DNA of 55,740 nucleotides from Burkholderiales bacterium (GTDB lineage Bacteria; Pseudomonadota; Gammaproteobacteria; Burkholderiales; Eutrophovitaceae), in NCBI GenBank assembly GCA_035528435.1, contig DATKYN010000153.1, positions 1 to 55,740 of the forward strand. The letters are read 5' to 3'. Below are positions 45,190-53,800 of this stretch, piece by piece. Within the stretch, counting starts at the first letter, position 1. Each line of letters opens with the position of its first letter. The notes below the pieces were generated by a model that saw nothing but the letters and a program-made list of their open reading frames with translations, had not been told where the DNA came from and searched no databases. A program made the position numbers and the translations under genes.

Positions 45190-46686
45190 ATGTCCGAACC
45201 TGACATGATGATTCGATGGCTGGATCTTGCCGCCCGCCGCATCCGGTGGAACGAGCGGCTCGAGGACGGAACACGGCTGTCGATCTGTTTGCTGGTGCTG
45301 GTGATCGTTTATCAGCTATTGGATGCAGCGCTGGGTATGACGCCGGTGTTGAGCGCGTTAATGCCATTGTTGCTGCTGGCTGTCGCTTTGGTGTTCGGCT
45401 GGTTCGGCTGGCGTTTGATTGGCCGGGATTGTCTGCTGCCGCCGGACCGCGCCGGCGCGGCTGCCGTCGTGGATGCGCGGGCCGGATTACACAACGAACT
45501 TGCCAGTGCGCTCTGGTTTTCGGGTGGCAGCCCCCAGGGCGATCTCGTTCGTTTTCACATGGCACGTGCCGCGCTGACCACCGGGCGGCTGGAGCTTTCA
45601 CGGCTGCTGCCAGTGGAAAAACCACGCAGCCTTCCCTTTGTTCTGGCGCTGATTGTTGTGACCGTCCTGTTGGCGATCATGCCATCGTCGACCGATTTCT
45701 CCCGGGCCACACTGGAAGTGGTTAATCGTCTCGCACAACGCGATGCCGGTTCCGTTGCCTCGCTGGGCGAGGCGGATAGTGAAGATTCCGGATTGGACGA
45801 ATTCTCCGGGTTACGCAGCGAAGCAGCATGGTTGAAAGTTGAAAACCTGGCACGTGAACTCAGGGCCAGTCCGCACAGCGCTGAAATAGCACAGGCGATT
45901 GCGGCGCGTGATGCAAAAAAAGCGTCGCGCCTGCTCGCCGGCATGAGCCGGCGCGAATCGGCCCAGCCGGCTACAGGTTCGGCCGCAAAACCGGATGTCG
46001 AGCAAATGTCGGAGCAACTTGCGAAGGGTATTGTCGATCGCTTGCAGTCGTTGCTGAACGAAGGTGGAGGGTGGTCGGAGCAGCCGGCTGCCGATGACGC
46101 AGGTGGTTCCAATGAGAGAGTCACCGACGACCTGACGCGTGAACTGCGAGAAGAAATGCGAGACGCGCAGGAGAGCCGGCGCGGTGAGATGAGTCCGGAA
46201 GAGCAGGTGCTGAACACGAGGTTGCAGGCGATGTCGCGCGACAGTACCGGCGGGCGCGAGCTCGTACGCGGCGAAGCCAATCCGATGCAGGGTCTTGGCC
46301 GCACAAGTGTTGGCAGTGGCGCGATGGGTCGGCGTGTCGGCGTCAGCACGGGTGGCGCAGGGGATGGCGAACAGCCGCACGGTAATCCGGACGGCGAAGC
46401 CGAGGCTGAGCCGGTACTCGGTCGCAAGACAATGCGTCTGCAACTCCAGATGCAGACCGTAAAAATCGACCAGCCGGAAACGGAACTAGCCGATGGCAGT
46501 GAAGAGTCTTTCTATGCAGCGACCCAGGCGCAGGCAGCCAATACGCAGTACGAAGCCATCGTGGCGCAGCAGCGTGGCGGCGCGGAGCAGAGCACCGGTG
46601 ACGTGGGTGTACCAATTGCCTATCGGGATGCCGCCAGATCGTATTCGGTGCGTCAGCATCGCCGGGAAAGTCTGACCAAGCAATGA
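45190..46686 (+). CDS. Membrane protein with three N-terminal TM helices and a long acidic low-complexity tail (DUF4175-like)
   Basis: 498-aa ORF. First gene of a tightly packed three-gene unit. Family call is tentative. Confidence 0.7.
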   Translation: MSEPDMMIRWLDLAARRIRWNERLEDGTRLSICLLVLVIVYQLLDAALGMTPVLSALMPLLLLAVALVFGWFGWRLIGRDCLLPPDRAGAAAVVDARAGLHNELASALWFSGGSPQGDLVRFHMARAALTTGRLELSRLLPVEKPRSLPFVLALIVVTVLLAIMPSSTDFSRATLEVVNRLAQRDAGSVASLGEADSEDSGLDEFSGLRSEAAWLKVENLARELRASPHSAEIAQAIAARDAKKASRLLAGMSRRESAQPATGSAAKPDVEQMSEQLAKGIVDRLQSLLNEGGGWSEQPAADDAGGSNERVTDDLTRELREEMRDAQESRRGEMSPEEQVLNTRLQAMSRDSTGGRELVRGEANPMQGLGRTSVGSGAMGRRVGVSTGGAGDGEQPHGNPDGEAEAEPVLGRKTMRLQLQMQTVKIDQPETELADGSEESFYAATQAQAANTQYEAIVAQQRGGAEQSTGDVGVPIAYRDAARSYSVRQHRRESLTKQ

Positions 46687-46708
46687 AACGGATCGAGCAC
46701 TGTCTGTC

Positions 46709-48469
46709 ATGAACGCACTGGCGCTTTCTCCGCTGCTCGCGTACACGGTGGTCGCAATCACCGCGCTGCTGATCGTGCTGTTGCATCTGTTGCGCCCGCG
46801 CGCATTGCGCCGCGCGGTATCGTCTACGCTGTTGTGGGTGCAGGTGCTGCGCCAGCGCAGCAAATACCACGCTCCCTGGCGCTGGCTGCTGTCACTGTTG
46901 TTGTGCCTTCTGGTCGGCGCAGCGCTGGCGTTAGCGCTCGGAAGGCCTGAAGGACCTGGCAGTGGTCAGTCGAAAGTTGTAGTGGTTCTGGATAACAGTC
47001 CGTCGATGGCAGCGCGCACTCGCGACGGTACGAGCCGCTGGCATCATGCCGTTGAAAAAGCACACTCGTTGATCGACTCGACTGGCGTTGAGGTCATGTT
47101 GGTCGATACCATGGGCCGCGCACCGGTCGAGGGGTTTGTCCATCCGGCCAGGGCGCTTGACGCACTCGGCCGCTTCCAGGTCGTCAGCCACGGCGCGCCG
47201 CGTGCGCCGGTTCTGCCGGAAACAGGCGAGTTCGATGTGCATGTCATCAGCGATGGCGTCGCAGCATTCGATGTTCCCCCCGATGCCATCGTTCATTCTG
47301 TTTTCGAACAGGCGGTCAATGTTGCGATCACCGGGCTGCAAGTGCGTCCTTATCCGGCTGATCCACTTCGTGTGGAAGCGTTCGTGCAGGTCTACAACGC
47401 GTCGACACAAGCGCAACGCGTGCGTTTGTCGTTGCGAGGATCCGAAAAATTCTCGGTCGCGCAGGAATTGCAAATGGATAGCGGTGAACTGATTGACGCC
47501 AGCTTTGACATCAGTGATTTCGATGCCGGCGTACTTGCCGCAGCTGCCTTGGCCGAAGGCGATGCGTTTGCGTCGGACGATCTTGCGTTTGCAATGGTCG
47601 CGCCCCATCGCGTCCGGGATGTGGTGCTCGTAACCGGTGGCAATGCGCGACTGGAAGATGCGATCCGTTCGCTGCCGGGTGTGCGTCTGGGTGTGATTGC
47701 CCCCGATGCATGGAACGACGCAGTTGGAGCGGATGTCTTCGTGTTCGATCGCTTTACACCGAAGCAACGCCCGTCACGCGGCGTTTTGCTGTTTCGACCT
47801 GGCGCGACGGTCTGGTTGCCCGGCGAACGCAGAGCGGTGCGCGACCCGGTGATCAGTGATTGGTCGCGTGGCGATGATTTGCTTGATGGCGTCGCATGGC
47901 AGCGGCTCAGGGTCGGCCGGGCTTCCCTGATGACGGACCTCCCTGATGAAAGATCTGCGCAAGTCAGGACGGCGGACGGTGCCTTGATTGCTTCGGGAAC
48001 TGAGGGTGGTCGCTGGATCGTCGCTGGATTCTCCGTGGAAGACTCGAATATTTCATTGCAGCCGGGTTTGCCGGTGTTTCTTGGCAACGCATTGCGCTGG
48101 CTTAGTGAGGGTGATGCCGTGATTTCGACCGGGCTTGGAGCCGTACGGGTCCCGTTGCCCAAAGCCCGTGTCGTCGATGGTGCTGGCGCCGCGATGCCGG
48201 TTCGCGTGTTCGGCGGCGAAACCTTGTTCGACGCAACCCGGCCGGATGTGTACACCGCGCTCACGGAGACGGAAAAATTGCGAATTGTCGTCAACGTGCT
48301 CGATCCCCGCGATGCAGATATCAACGTCAGCCGGTTCGAAACTGTCAGCACCAGCCAGGTAGGGTTATCGGGGATCGCGCGAATCGAGCCATGGATTGCG
48401 TTAGTGGTGTTCGCGTTGGTACTGATGCTGATTGAATGGTTGGCCTGGGTCCGCCGCTTCGCGACATGA
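46709..48469 (+). CDS. BatA-type N-terminal double-TM protein with a vWA-like domain
   Basis: N-terminus LIVLLHLLRPRALRR...LLWV (aerotolerance-regulator N-terminal pattern), MIDAS-like VVVLDNSPSM, C-terminal TM helix. Confidence 0.8.
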   Translation: MNALALSPLLAYTVVAITALLIVLLHLLRPRALRRAVSSTLLWVQVLRQRSKYHAPWRWLLSLLLCLLVGAALALALGRPEGPGSGQSKVVVVLDNSPSMAARTRDGTSRWHHAVEKAHSLIDSTGVEVMLVDTMGRAPVEGFVHPARALDALGRFQVVSHGAPRAPVLPETGEFDVHVISDGVAAFDVPPDAIVHSVFEQAVNVAITGLQVRPYPADPLRVEAFVQVYNASTQAQRVRLSLRGSEKFSVAQELQMDSGELIDASFDISDFDAGVLAAAALAEGDAFASDDLAFAMVAPHRVRDVVLVTGGNARLEDAIRSLPGVRLGVIAPDAWNDAVGADVFVFDRFTPKQRPSRGVLLFRPGATVWLPGERRAVRDPVISDWSRGDDLLDGVAWQRLRVGRASLMTDLPDERSAQVRTADGALIASGTEGGRWIVAGFSVEDSNISLQPGLPVFLGNALRWLSEGDAVISTGLGAVRVPLPKARVVDGAGAAMPVRVFGGETLFDATRPDVYTALTETEKLRIVVNVLDPRDADINVSRFETVSTSQVGLSGIARIEPWIALVVFALVLMLIEWLAWVRRFAT

Positions 48470-51195
48470 CGCTGTCGAATCCGCATGCATTCTGGCTGTT
48501 GGGCATTGTGCCGCTGGTGTGGCTGCTCGCATGGCTCAGCCGTGGCTTGCACGCGCCGCGGCGTCTGTCGCTGGCGACAGGAGCAAGAACTCTGGCGCTG
48601 CTGTTACTGGTTGTCGCACTTGCGCAGCCGACTGCGTTGCAACGCCTTGATGTCAAGTCGGTGGTCTACGCCATTGACGTGTCGCACAGTGTTTCCTCTG
48701 CGTTCCTGAAACAGGCACTTGACTGGGCCACCGCAGCCAACCAGAGATATCAGCCGGAGCAGACGCGCTACCTGGTATTTGCTGACGGAGTCCGGTTACT
48801 GGAATCGCCCGAGCAGGTGTTGTCGGTTACGGTCAGTAGCAAGCCCGCGGAGCAAGGCAGATTCGGTAATGCGTCCGGCAACGGGCCGCAGCGCGATCGC
48901 GGGGTGATCGGGCAAAGCGCGACCGACATTGAATCGGCGCTGCATGCCGCGATGTTCGGTTTTGCGCCGGGACACGCCAGGCGTCTGGTGCTGATTACGG
49001 ACGGCAACCAGACTCGGGGTGACATCGAACGTGCCATGACACGGCTGCAGAATGAGCGTGTTCGGGTGTTTGCGATTCCGGCGGCCGCTTCCGCGGACAG
49101 TGATGCGTGGATCGAGTCGATCGAATTTCCGCCGGGTGTGAGGCAGCAGGAACCGGCCGTTGTCCGCGTTGTCGTTCGCTCACTGAACGCGATGCCGGCT
49201 CTGGTTGAGCTGAAAAACGGCGGGCGCGTTCTTGGCAAACGCGAGGTGCGTTTGTCTGCCGGTGAGAGTTCCGTCACGTTTGACACGCGCTTGCCGAAAG
49301 CGGGCACATCTGTTCTGACCGCGCAACTCACGGCAAAAGCCGATCGGGTTGCGGAAAACAATGTGTTGAGCGCGAGTGTCCGGGTTGGACCAAGGCCGCG
49401 TGTGCTCTACGTCGAAGGCACACCGGAAAGCGCACATTATCTTGCCGATGCGTTGCGCGTACACCACATCGATGTAACGGTCTCGACGGCCAAAGGTCTT
49501 GATGACAATCCGGAGCGGCTCAACGGGTATGACGCAGTTATCATCAGTGATGTCTATGCGCACGACTTCGGCCCTGAGACCGTGCGGCGGCTTGGCATGT
49601 TCGTGCACGAACGCGGTGGAGGGCTGGTGTTTGCCGCCGGAGAGAGTACTTACGGAAAGCAGGGTTACGCCGGAAACGATATCGAGCGGCTGCTTCCGGT
49701 GCGGTTCGAGGCAAAGAGAAAGCGCCGGGAGCTTGATCTGGTCCTTCTGATTGACCGTTCGCACAGTATGCGCGGTCGCAAGCTGGAACTGGCGAAAACA
49801 GCCGCCTTGTCGACGCTGGACTTGCTTGAGGAGCAACACCGCCTGGCCGTGATCGGGTTCGACGCGCGACCCCACGCAGTCGTCCCGCTTCGGGAAGTCG
49901 GCAACAAGCGGCGCGCCGAAGATCTCATCTCCAGCATGACCGCAAGCGGCCAGACACGTATCTATCCGGCACTGGCGATGGCACAACGCGTTCTTGCCGA
50001 TTCAACATCAAGCACACGCCACATTATCCTGCTTTCCGATGGCGTAACGGCTGCCGGTAGCGCCGGCGCGAACGCAGCGCAGCGCATACAGGAGGAAATT
50101 CAGCGTGGCCGTGATGAGGCGATTCGCCGGGCTGCCGGACCGAATGGCTCGGCGGCGACGCCAGAGTTGACCTCGCAAGCCGGGAGCATGGAAGAACTTG
50201 TGGCGCAACTTGCGGCCGATGAAATATCCCTGTCCACTATCGCGATCGGCCCGAAACCGAATGTGGACATGATGAGCGCGATAGCAGAAGCCGCCGGCGG
50301 AAAAGCGTATGTCGCCAGCAATGATGCCGAGATGCCGGGCCTGTTCGTATCGGAAACACGCCGATTGCTCGGCGATTCGATTGTTGAAGAACCTTTCAGG
50401 CCGGTTGCCGGTTATCGAGCAGGACCTATTGATGGACTGGATTTCGAGTCGGGTCCGCCGCTGGGCGGTTTTGTCACCACTCGTGCCAAACAGTTCTCCG
50501 ATGTCATGCTGCGCGCACCGGAAGACCAACCATTGCTGGTGGCGACACACTACGGTCTTGGCCGCACTGTGGCGTTCTTGTCAGACGTAAAAAACCGCTG
50601 GTCGTCCCAGTGGCTGCAGTGGGACGGGTACGGCCGTTTCTGGTCTCAGGTGGTGCGCGATGTCATTGCGCGTCGAACCGAAGTCGGGTTCGATTGGCGG
50701 GTGACCCGGACAGGTGGCGATGCCATGGTCGAGATGACCGCTATGTCTGCCGATTACCGATTCCGCAATGGCCTGTATCCGAGAGTAAGGGTGACGGCGC
50801 CGTCAGGGGAAACCGCGACTTTGCTGCTGCGCCAGGTTGCGCCGGGGGCGTACCGGGCGCGGCTGCCAATTTCAGCCGGGGCAGCCAGCCCCTATCGCTT
50901 CGCCCTGGTCGAAGGTGGTGGTATTGCTCGGGCGGACATTGCGCAAGCGGGCGAGCAACTGCTGTCTTATACCTGGACCGATGAGTATCGGTCGTTGCCA
51001 CCGAATAATGCACTGCTGAGAGAACTCAGCGAGAGCACTGGTGGCGTGTTCGCGCCGAAAGCGCAGGACGTGTTTGCCGATTATGGCGACAGCGAGCTGG
51101 TGCCGCAGCCGTTATGGCACTGGTTCGTCGCGGCGGCCTTGCTCCTGTTTCTGGCCGACATTCTGATACGGCGTTCGCCATGGTTTGTTCGATAG
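48466..51195 (+). CDS. Membrane-anchored double-vWA protein with GATase1-like (DUF1355-type) inserts
   Basis: The ATG overlaps the previous TGA (ATGA). Double-TM N-terminus, MIDAS motifs AIDVSHS and LIDRSHSM, VLYVEG...YDAVIISDV...GGGLVFAAG blocks, C-terminal TM helix. Confidence 0.8.
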   Translation: MTLSNPHAFWLLGIVPLVWLLAWLSRGLHAPRRLSLATGARTLALLLLVVALAQPTALQRLDVKSVVYAIDVSHSVSSAFLKQALDWATAANQRYQPEQTRYLVFADGVRLLESPEQVLSVTVSSKPAEQGRFGNASGNGPQRDRGVIGQSATDIESALHAAMFGFAPGHARRLVLITDGNQTRGDIERAMTRLQNERVRVFAIPAAASADSDAWIESIEFPPGVRQQEPAVVRVVVRSLNAMPALVELKNGGRVLGKREVRLSAGESSVTFDTRLPKAGTSVLTAQLTAKADRVAENNVLSASVRVGPRPRVLYVEGTPESAHYLADALRVHHIDVTVSTAKGLDDNPERLNGYDAVIISDVYAHDFGPETVRRLGMFVHERGGGLVFAAGESTYGKQGYAGNDIERLLPVRFEAKRKRRELDLVLLIDRSHSMRGRKLELAKTAALSTLDLLEEQHRLAVIGFDARPHAVVPLREVGNKRRAEDLISSMTASGQTRIYPALAMAQRVLADSTSSTRHIILLSDGVTAAGSAGANAAQRIQEEIQRGRDEAIRRAAGPNGSAATPELTSQAGSMEELVAQLAADEISLSTIAIGPKPNVDMMSAIAEAAGGKAYVASNDAEMPGLFVSETRRLLGDSIVEEPFRPVAGYRAGPIDGLDFESGPPLGGFVTTRAKQFSDVMLRAPEDQPLLVATHYGLGRTVAFLSDVKNRWSSQWLQWDGYGRFWSQVVRDVIARRTEVGFDWRVTRTGGDAMVEMTAMSADYRFRNGLYPRVRVTAPSGETATLLLRQVAPGAYRARLPISAGAASPYRFALVEGGGIARADIAQAGEQLLSYTWTDEYRSLPPNNALLRELSESTGGVFAPKAQDVFADYGDSELVPQPLWHWFVAAALLLFLADILIRRSPWFVR

Positions 51196-51414
51196 TGGCG
51201 ATATCGATAATGATTTCATCCATATTGGTTCCATCATTCGTGTACGACGTGCTCATGATTTGCAAGACACGCAGTGCCGATCCGTGGAAAATGCATTCAT
51301 GCCGGGTTATTGGCATGTTGTTCTCTGCGTGCGCCCGCCCGTCGCTGACGCGCGCCGCGCAAGTGGACGTGCAGGTGTCACGACAGCGCCGGTGACGGCG
51401 CGGAGAGGGAAGAT

Positions 51415-51831
51415 ATGTGCTCTAACGGTTTTGCCGTTTCTGTATTGAAGAAAACGGTATGTACGGTGGCGGCAGTGATTGTCCCGATTGTGTTCGCACC
51501 GGTTGCGGATTCGGTTGCGGCAGAGCCACGCGAATGCATTGAGCTATCCGTTGGTGGTGACGAGGGTGCGAAATTTACCAACGTATGTAACGAAATGATG
51601 AACATGATTTACTGCGTCAACAATCCGCAAAGCCCGAAGACCTGCGCGGCGGAGCGGCTCGCCGTAACCACTCTGGTGCCGCTGGCTTCAGAGATCGTGC
51701 CCGATTTCACCGTGGTTGGTAAAGGGGGTGAGATATTCATCGCGATATGCGCCTACCCGACCGCACCCGTGGGTTGGAAGCCGGGTCGCGATAACCCGTT
51801 CGAGTGCAAGAAAACCTGCGTTATGTGTTGA
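51415..51831 (+). CDS. Secreted Cys-rich hypothetical protein
   Basis: The ATG follows GGAGAGGGAAG. Signal peptide ending ADSVAA. Eight Cys in the mature part, ending CKKTCVMC. No family recognised. Confidence 0.55.
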   Translation: MCSNGFAVSVLKKTVCTVAAVIVPIVFAPVADSVAAEPRECIELSVGGDEGAKFTNVCNEMMNMIYCVNNPQSPKTCAAERLAVTTLVPLASEIVPDFTVVGKGGEIFIAICAYPTAPVGWKPGRDNPFECKKTCVMC

Positions 51832-52124
51832 ATGACCATTGCAGCACATGGGCATGCACTGCACGAGCTGTTACATCGCCTTCCTGGAAATCCTGCACGC
51901 CGCTCCACAGCAGACAGGGACAAGGTACGCAGCCCTTATCTGATCCCGGAATCCGGTTCGCCTTGCTGATGGTGTTGCGGCAGAGAAGATGCTGGAGTGG
52001 ATTGCCCGGGCGATAACATTTCCTGTGGTGATGGTTACGGACAAAGTTCGAACAGAACGTACGGTTGCGAGACGCGGGAAAATTTCTCCAGTCACGATCC
52101 GAAGCGATAGCAGACAAGGCGCCG

Positions 52125-53144
52125 ATGCAAACTGGTGAGCAATTTTGCGATGATCTGCGGGTTGGCAATACTCTGCCCGGTGGTTTGCCCGTGGCACGCA
52201 AGCCATTACTGCCCGCGGAGGAACTTCGGGAGCTGACCGAGTTGAATGCCGCCAGATCGACACTGGCTGTAGCGCAAACCGTGTTGATCACGTTAGTGGC
52301 GCTGGGCGCGGCAGTCCGGTGGCCATTCATCTGGGTATGGGTGCCGGCCGTCCTGATCGTTGCGACCCAGCAGCACGCCATGTTTGTTCTGGCCCACGAG
52401 GCGGCGCATTACCGCCTGTTTCGAAACCGCCGTGGTAACGACATTGTCGGCAGGTTGCTTGGTGCCTTGGCGGGTCTTTCAATGTGCGCCTACCGTGTTG
52501 TACATCGTTTGCACCACAACCATTTGTATGGCGAACGCGATCCTGACATCGCCCTGCATGGCGGCTACCCGCGCGGCAAGGCGTACCTGTTGCGCAAGCT
52601 GGCGGCCGATATGACCGGATTGACGGCATGGAAAACCTATCGCTATTTTCTTGGCATGCCAGCGGCGAATGCACAGACCGGTACAGCACAACGCCCCCTC
52701 GACGACACATCTGTCGCGTTACGGCAAGCGGCCAGAGTGGATCGCTGGCTGGTTGCCGCGATTCAGATCGGGTTGCCCGCTGCAGCGATAATCTTCTTCG
52801 GTTGGTACGGGCTTGTCGTGTACTTGCTGTTATGGGTGTTGCCAGCAGTGACCGTGCTGCAAGCCATATTGCGGTTGCGAGCGGTTTGCGAGCATGGCGC
52901 GCCGGCGGGCACTGATTCGCCACTGCGTGCGGCGCGCACGACGTTGGCCGGCCCGCTATTGCGGCTGATTTTGTTTCCGCACCACGTCAATTATCATGTC
53001 GAACATCATTTGTATCCGGCGGTTCCGCACTACAACTTGCGGCGGCTGCATCAGGTGCTCGCGGGAAGAGGTATTCTGGACGGTGCCGAGGTGCGAAGTT
53101 TTGGTGCGACCTGGGCCCGTATTTATGCTTCACCGGCGGGGTAG
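52125..53144 (+). CDS. Membrane fatty-acid desaturase family protein
   Basis: Three His boxes: HEAAH, HRLHHNH, HVEHHLYP. ATG 52125 preferred; the ORF is open from 52065. Confidence 0.85.
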   Translation: MQTGEQFCDDLRVGNTLPGGLPVARKPLLPAEELRELTELNAARSTLAVAQTVLITLVALGAAVRWPFIWVWVPAVLIVATQQHAMFVLAHEAAHYRLFRNRRGNDIVGRLLGALAGLSMCAYRVVHRLHHNHLYGERDPDIALHGGYPRGKAYLLRKLAADMTGLTAWKTYRYFLGMPAANAQTGTAQRPLDDTSVALRQAARVDRWLVAAIQIGLPAAAIIFFGWYGLVVYLLLWVLPAVTVLQAILRLRAVCEHGAPAGTDSPLRAARTTLAGPLLRLILFPHHVNYHVEHHLYPAVPHYNLRRLHQVLAGRGILDGAEVRSFGATWARIYASPAG

Positions 53145-53188
53145 TGATTTTTCAGGATTTGTTTTGTCCGAAAGGAGAAAGGCGCCCA

Positions 53189-53701
53189 ATGAAGTTTCAA
53201 CAATCGTTGCTGCTGACATTTCTGATGGTTTCGGTTCACGCGGCGCACGCTGAAGCGTTCAAGAACGAGCCGGCGGACTTTCGTGGCATCGAGTGGGGTG
53301 CGCCTTATGCCGAGCATGCCAGCGAGATGAACCTGGTGCGCCGCGACGCGGATGTGCTGGTTTATATGCGCCAGGGCGATGAGAGTGAATCGGACCGGGA
53401 CAGCTTCATGAAGATCGCCTACCGTTTCTACAAGGACCGGTTTAGCGCCGGCATCATTCAGACGTACGGAAACGACGCCAGGAAGCAGTTGCGCAGAAGG
53501 TTGACCGGTAAGTACGGTGAACCTGTCAAAATCAGTCGCAGACAAGAGCTTTATGCATGGGATGGTGAGAGCGTCCAGATCGTCTTGTCCTGTAGTGTCA
53601 CCAGTTACTGCGCCGCGGAATTCATGTCGAAGGACATGATCGCGCTGGAAGAACGCGAAACGGGTCGTCCGGTGCAGGTGCTGCAGAATGACAACGACTG
53701 A
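53189..53701 (+). CDS. Secreted hypothetical protein
   Basis: The ATG follows AAAGGAGAAAGG. Signal peptide MKFQQSLLLTFLMVSVHAAHA. No family recognised. Confidence 0.55.
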   Translation: MKFQQSLLLTFLMVSVHAAHAEAFKNEPADFRGIEWGAPYAEHASEMNLVRRDADVLVYMRQGDESESDRDSFMKIAYRFYKDRFSAGIIQTYGNDARKQLRRRLTGKYGEPVKISRRQELYAWDGESVQIVLSCSVTSYCAAEFMSKDMIALEERETGRPVQVLQNDND

Positions 53702-53800
53702 TGCGCGCATATATCTGTCAGCTACAGCCCGTTCCCGGCCATAGGACTACTCTGCACATGCGTCCTCAGGAAAGTTCCTGCAATCATCAGGAGATGCACC

